A stretch of 63,529 bases of DNA, counting the filler, from Aduncisulcus paluster (taxonomy: Eukaryota): the NCBI GenBank assembly GCA_024181965.1. It is 40 parts of 40 records of this genome, joined end to end, with 100 filler letters (N's around TTAATTAATTAA, not from the genome) between each part and the next. Parts side by side here need not be neighbours in the genome. Positions count along the whole stretch, not along the records: positions 60,852 to 61,961 come from BQXS01004100.1; positions 62,062 to 63,529 come from BQXS01004158.1; 38 more parts are not named here. One strand, given 5' to 3'. This document shows, piece after piece, positions 60,752-63,529 of the stretch (positions within the stretch are counted from its first letter, which is position 1; every line of letters starts with the position of its first letter). The translations under genes were made by a program, and so were the position numbers. The notes beneath the pieces are model-generated. The model made no database searches. It worked only from the letters and a program-made list of their open reading frames with translations, and had not been told where the DNA came from.

Positions 60752-60851
60752 NNNNNNNNNNNNNNNNNNNNNNNNNNNNNNNNNNNNNNNNNNNNTTAAT
60801 TAATTAANNNNNNNNNNNNNNNNNNNNNNNNNNNNNNNNNNNNNNNNNNNN

Positions 60852-61596
60852 ATGTGGCTGCCCTTGACCAGCCGCACGTTCTGGGCAGAGTTCAGTCCCG
60901 TCACGCCCTGGATGACATCCTGCACCCATGGCCCGGCGGCGTTGACCAGCGCTCGCGACCGCACGACCTGCGCTGTTCCGTCATCGCCCTGCATCTCGAG
61001 CAGCCAGGTCTCGCCGTCCCGGCGCGCGCGCAGCGCTCGCGTGCGCGACAGGATGCAGGCGCCATTCCGTGCTGCATCGATCAGATTGAGGATCACCAGC
61101 CGGCTGTCATCGACCCAGCAATCCGAATACTCAAAGCCACGCCGGAACTCTTGACGTAGCGGTGCGCCCTCCGGACCCTGCGACAGATCCAGGCCGCGGC
61201 TCGCCGGCAGCTGCTTGCGGCCGCCGAGATGGTCGTAGAGCAACAGCCCGGTGCGGACCAGCCAGGCCGGCCGCTGCTCCGGCGAATGCNNNNNNNNNNN
61301 NNNNNNNNNATCGGCCAGATGATGTGAGGCGCCGAAGCCAGCAGCACTTCACGCTCGATCAGCGCCTCGCGCACCAGGCGGAATTCGTAATATTCGAGAT
61401 AGCGCAGGCCGCCATGGATCAGCTTGCCCGAGCGCGACGAGGTGCCCTCGGCGAAATCATCCTTCTCGCAGAGCAGGACCTTCAGACCACGGCCGGCGGC
61501 GTCGCGGGCGATGCCGGCGCCGTTGATGCCGCCACCGATAACAGCGATATCGACCAGCCCGTGATCCCTGCCTGCGACCGGCGCAGTGCCCTTCAT
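60852..61596 (-). CDS. glpD: FAD-dependent glycerol-3-phosphate dehydrogenase family (GlpD/EryB), 3' partial
   Basis: VIGGGINGAGIARDAAGRG, GTSSRSGKLIHGGLRYLE, VNAAGPWV and VKGSH. Confidence 0.88.
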
Positions 61597-61961
61597 CGCT
61601 TGTTGCTACGCCGTTTCTCGGCGCGGCGTGGCGCCGCCTTTGCCGTCGCACGCGCCTTGCTCGGCTTCGGCGCCTGCAAGCCATAGGTGGAGAACCCCTT
61701 CGCGGTGTCGGCAATCTCCTCGTCGGACAGGATGATACGCGAATCGAGCGCGAGCGAGAGATAGTACTGCCGCGCGATGGTCTCGAGCTCGACCGCGAGC
61801 CACATCGCCTTGTCGAGATTGGCGCCGAGCGCGATCATGCCGTGGTTGGCGAGCAGGCAGCCATTGCGGCCCTCCAGCGCCGCGATCGCGTGGTCGGACA
61901 ACTCCTTGGTGCCGTAGCGCGCGTAGCCGGCGCAGCGGATGTCGGTGCCGCCGAATGCCGC
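61593..61961 (-). CDS. Class II aldolase/adducin family (FucA-like), 5' partial
   Basis: GGTDIRCAGYARYGT, CLLANHGMI and AVELETIARQY. Confidence 0.88.
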   Translation of the reverse strand, partial: AAFGGTDIRCAGYARYGTKELSDHAIAALEGRNGCLLANHGMIALGANLDKAMWLAVELETIARQYYLSLALDSRIILSDEEIADTAKGFSTYGLQAPKPSKARATAKAAPRRAEKRRSNKR

Positions 61962-62061
61962 NNNNNNNNNNNNNNNNNNNNNNNNNNNNNNNNNNNNNNN
62001 NNNNNTTAATTAATTAANNNNNNNNNNNNNNNNNNNNNNNNNNNNNNNNNNNNNNNNNNNN

Positions 62062-63529
62062 ATGAGATTGTATTTTCTAAAAAGAATAAAAAAATATCTT
62101 CTTCTGATTTTATTCAAAAAGTTTCTTTAATATCTTTAAATTCGATGGAGTTTAATACTTTAGGACAGATAGATTCTAAAATATTTTATTTGCGAAAATC
62201 TAAAATTCTCAAAAGTGACGGTAGTGGAAAATCGAATGGATTTATCTATAGTGTGAAAATTATTGATGAGAGTTTCTTAGAACAATATAAAGAGATTTTT
62301 AGTAATCTAAAATTCGCTTTATCTGAGAGTGAACTAAAAACCAATATGGTAGATTTTAGTTTTTTACATNNNNNNNNNNNNNNNNNNNNNNNNNNNNNNN
62401 NNNNNNNNNNNNNNNNNNNNNNNNNNNNNNNNNNNNNNNNNNNNNNNNNNNNNNNNNNNNNNNNNNNNNNNNNNNNNNNNNNNNNNNNNNNNNNNNNNNN
62501 NNNNNNNNNNNNNNNNNNNNNNNATGATATTTTTGATAATTATGTATTCTCTTTAGAAATGACAAATCCAATGTTGATATTTGAAAAGGGTCAACAAACT
62601 ATTTTTCTTTATAATATGACAGTTGCTCTTTTACTTCTAATTATTTTAGTTGTGTTGTCACGCAAACAAGAAGATCTTTTTAAAAACAATATGAAACTTG
62701 AAACAGAAGTAAATGAACGAACTGCAAAGTTAAACAAGTATATTACAATTGTAAACAAATATGTAACAACATCGTCAACTGATTTAGAAGGTAAAATAAC
62801 CCATGTATCAGAAGCTTTTTGTCGTATCAGTGGATATAGTAAAAAAGAATTACTAGGTAGAACACACAATATAGTTAAACATGAAGATATGGATCCTTCA
62901 ATTTATGTAAATTTATGGGATACCATAAGTGCTGATAAAAAATGGATTGGTGAGATTAAAAATAAAAAGAAAAATGGTGAAGCATATTGGGTGTTAGCAA
63001 ACATAGAACCTATCTATGCTAGTAATGGAAAAAAAATTGGATATACCTCAATAAGACAAGAGATTACTGATAAAAAAAGAGTAGAAAAATTNNNNNNNNN
63101 NNNNNNNNNNNNNNNNNNNNNNNNNNNNNNNNNNNNNNGTAGAAAAATTATCTATTACAGATAAATTAACACAGCTTTACAATCGAGTAAAAATAGAAGA
63201 GATATTTGCAATTGAAATTGCAAAATTTCATAGATATAATACAAGTTTTTCATTGATATTAATAGATATAGATTTTTTCAAAGAGGTAAATGATACTTAT
63301 GGACATAATATTGGGGATCTATTTTTGCGTGAAATAGCCGATCTTTTAAAGTCATCTGTACGAATTGAGGATGTTGTTGGACGATGGGGAGGAGAAGAGT
63401 TTGTTATCCTTTCCAATAATTATACTATTGAAGGAGTTCTTTGTTTAGCTGAAAAAATCAGAAAAAATGTAGAAGCTTATGAATTTTCAACTATAGGACA
63501 CAAAACAATTAGTATTGGTGTTTCTGTTC
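62062..63529 (+). CDS. Membrane-bound PAS-GGDEF diguanylate cyclase, partial at both ends (Arcobacter-like)
   Basis: TM helix, PAS/PAC, then TDKLTQLYNR, DIDFFKEVNDTYGH and VGRWGGEEF after the last gap. Confidence 0.93.

Noticed and set aside
1446-62017. Regularly recurring TTAATTAATTAA as a biological repeat or CRISPR-like array
   Set aside because: Always embedded in fixed N padding, so it is a six-frame-stop joining linker. ORFs ending in LIN or N are artefacts of it.

Overview
This window is not one locus. It is 40 short scaffolds joined by 39 artificial N~44-TTAATTAATTAA-N~44 linkers (stops in all six frames), so adjacency across linkers means nothing. By gene content and base composition the scaffolds come from about five organisms: a Mycobacterium-like actinobacterium (5), a Bradyrhizobium-like alphaproteobacterium (7), an Arcobacter-like Campylobacterota (12), a Bacteroidota-like bacterium (2) and a eukaryotic microbe with divergent rDNA (14). 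These taxon assignments are inferred, not searched. The bacterial pieces are mostly ordinary partial genes plus an IS701 element. The eukaryotic pieces are the interesting part. They carry fragments of at least two lineages of early-branching non-LTR retrotransposons: a CRE/SLACS-like one with RT, CCHC and restriction-like endonuclease (RLE), and an R2/NeSL-like one with a frameshifted C2H2 finger. Two 28S scaffolds stop on either side of the classic R2/group I intron hotspot. There is also a patchwork LRR gene, TACAG/TATAG pentamer tracts at coding breakpoints, a 147-bp tandem repeat, a probable 31-nt intron and tRNA-Met. I found no complete, convincingly new system. The best lead is a candidate site-specific RLE retrotransposon family in an understudied protist.
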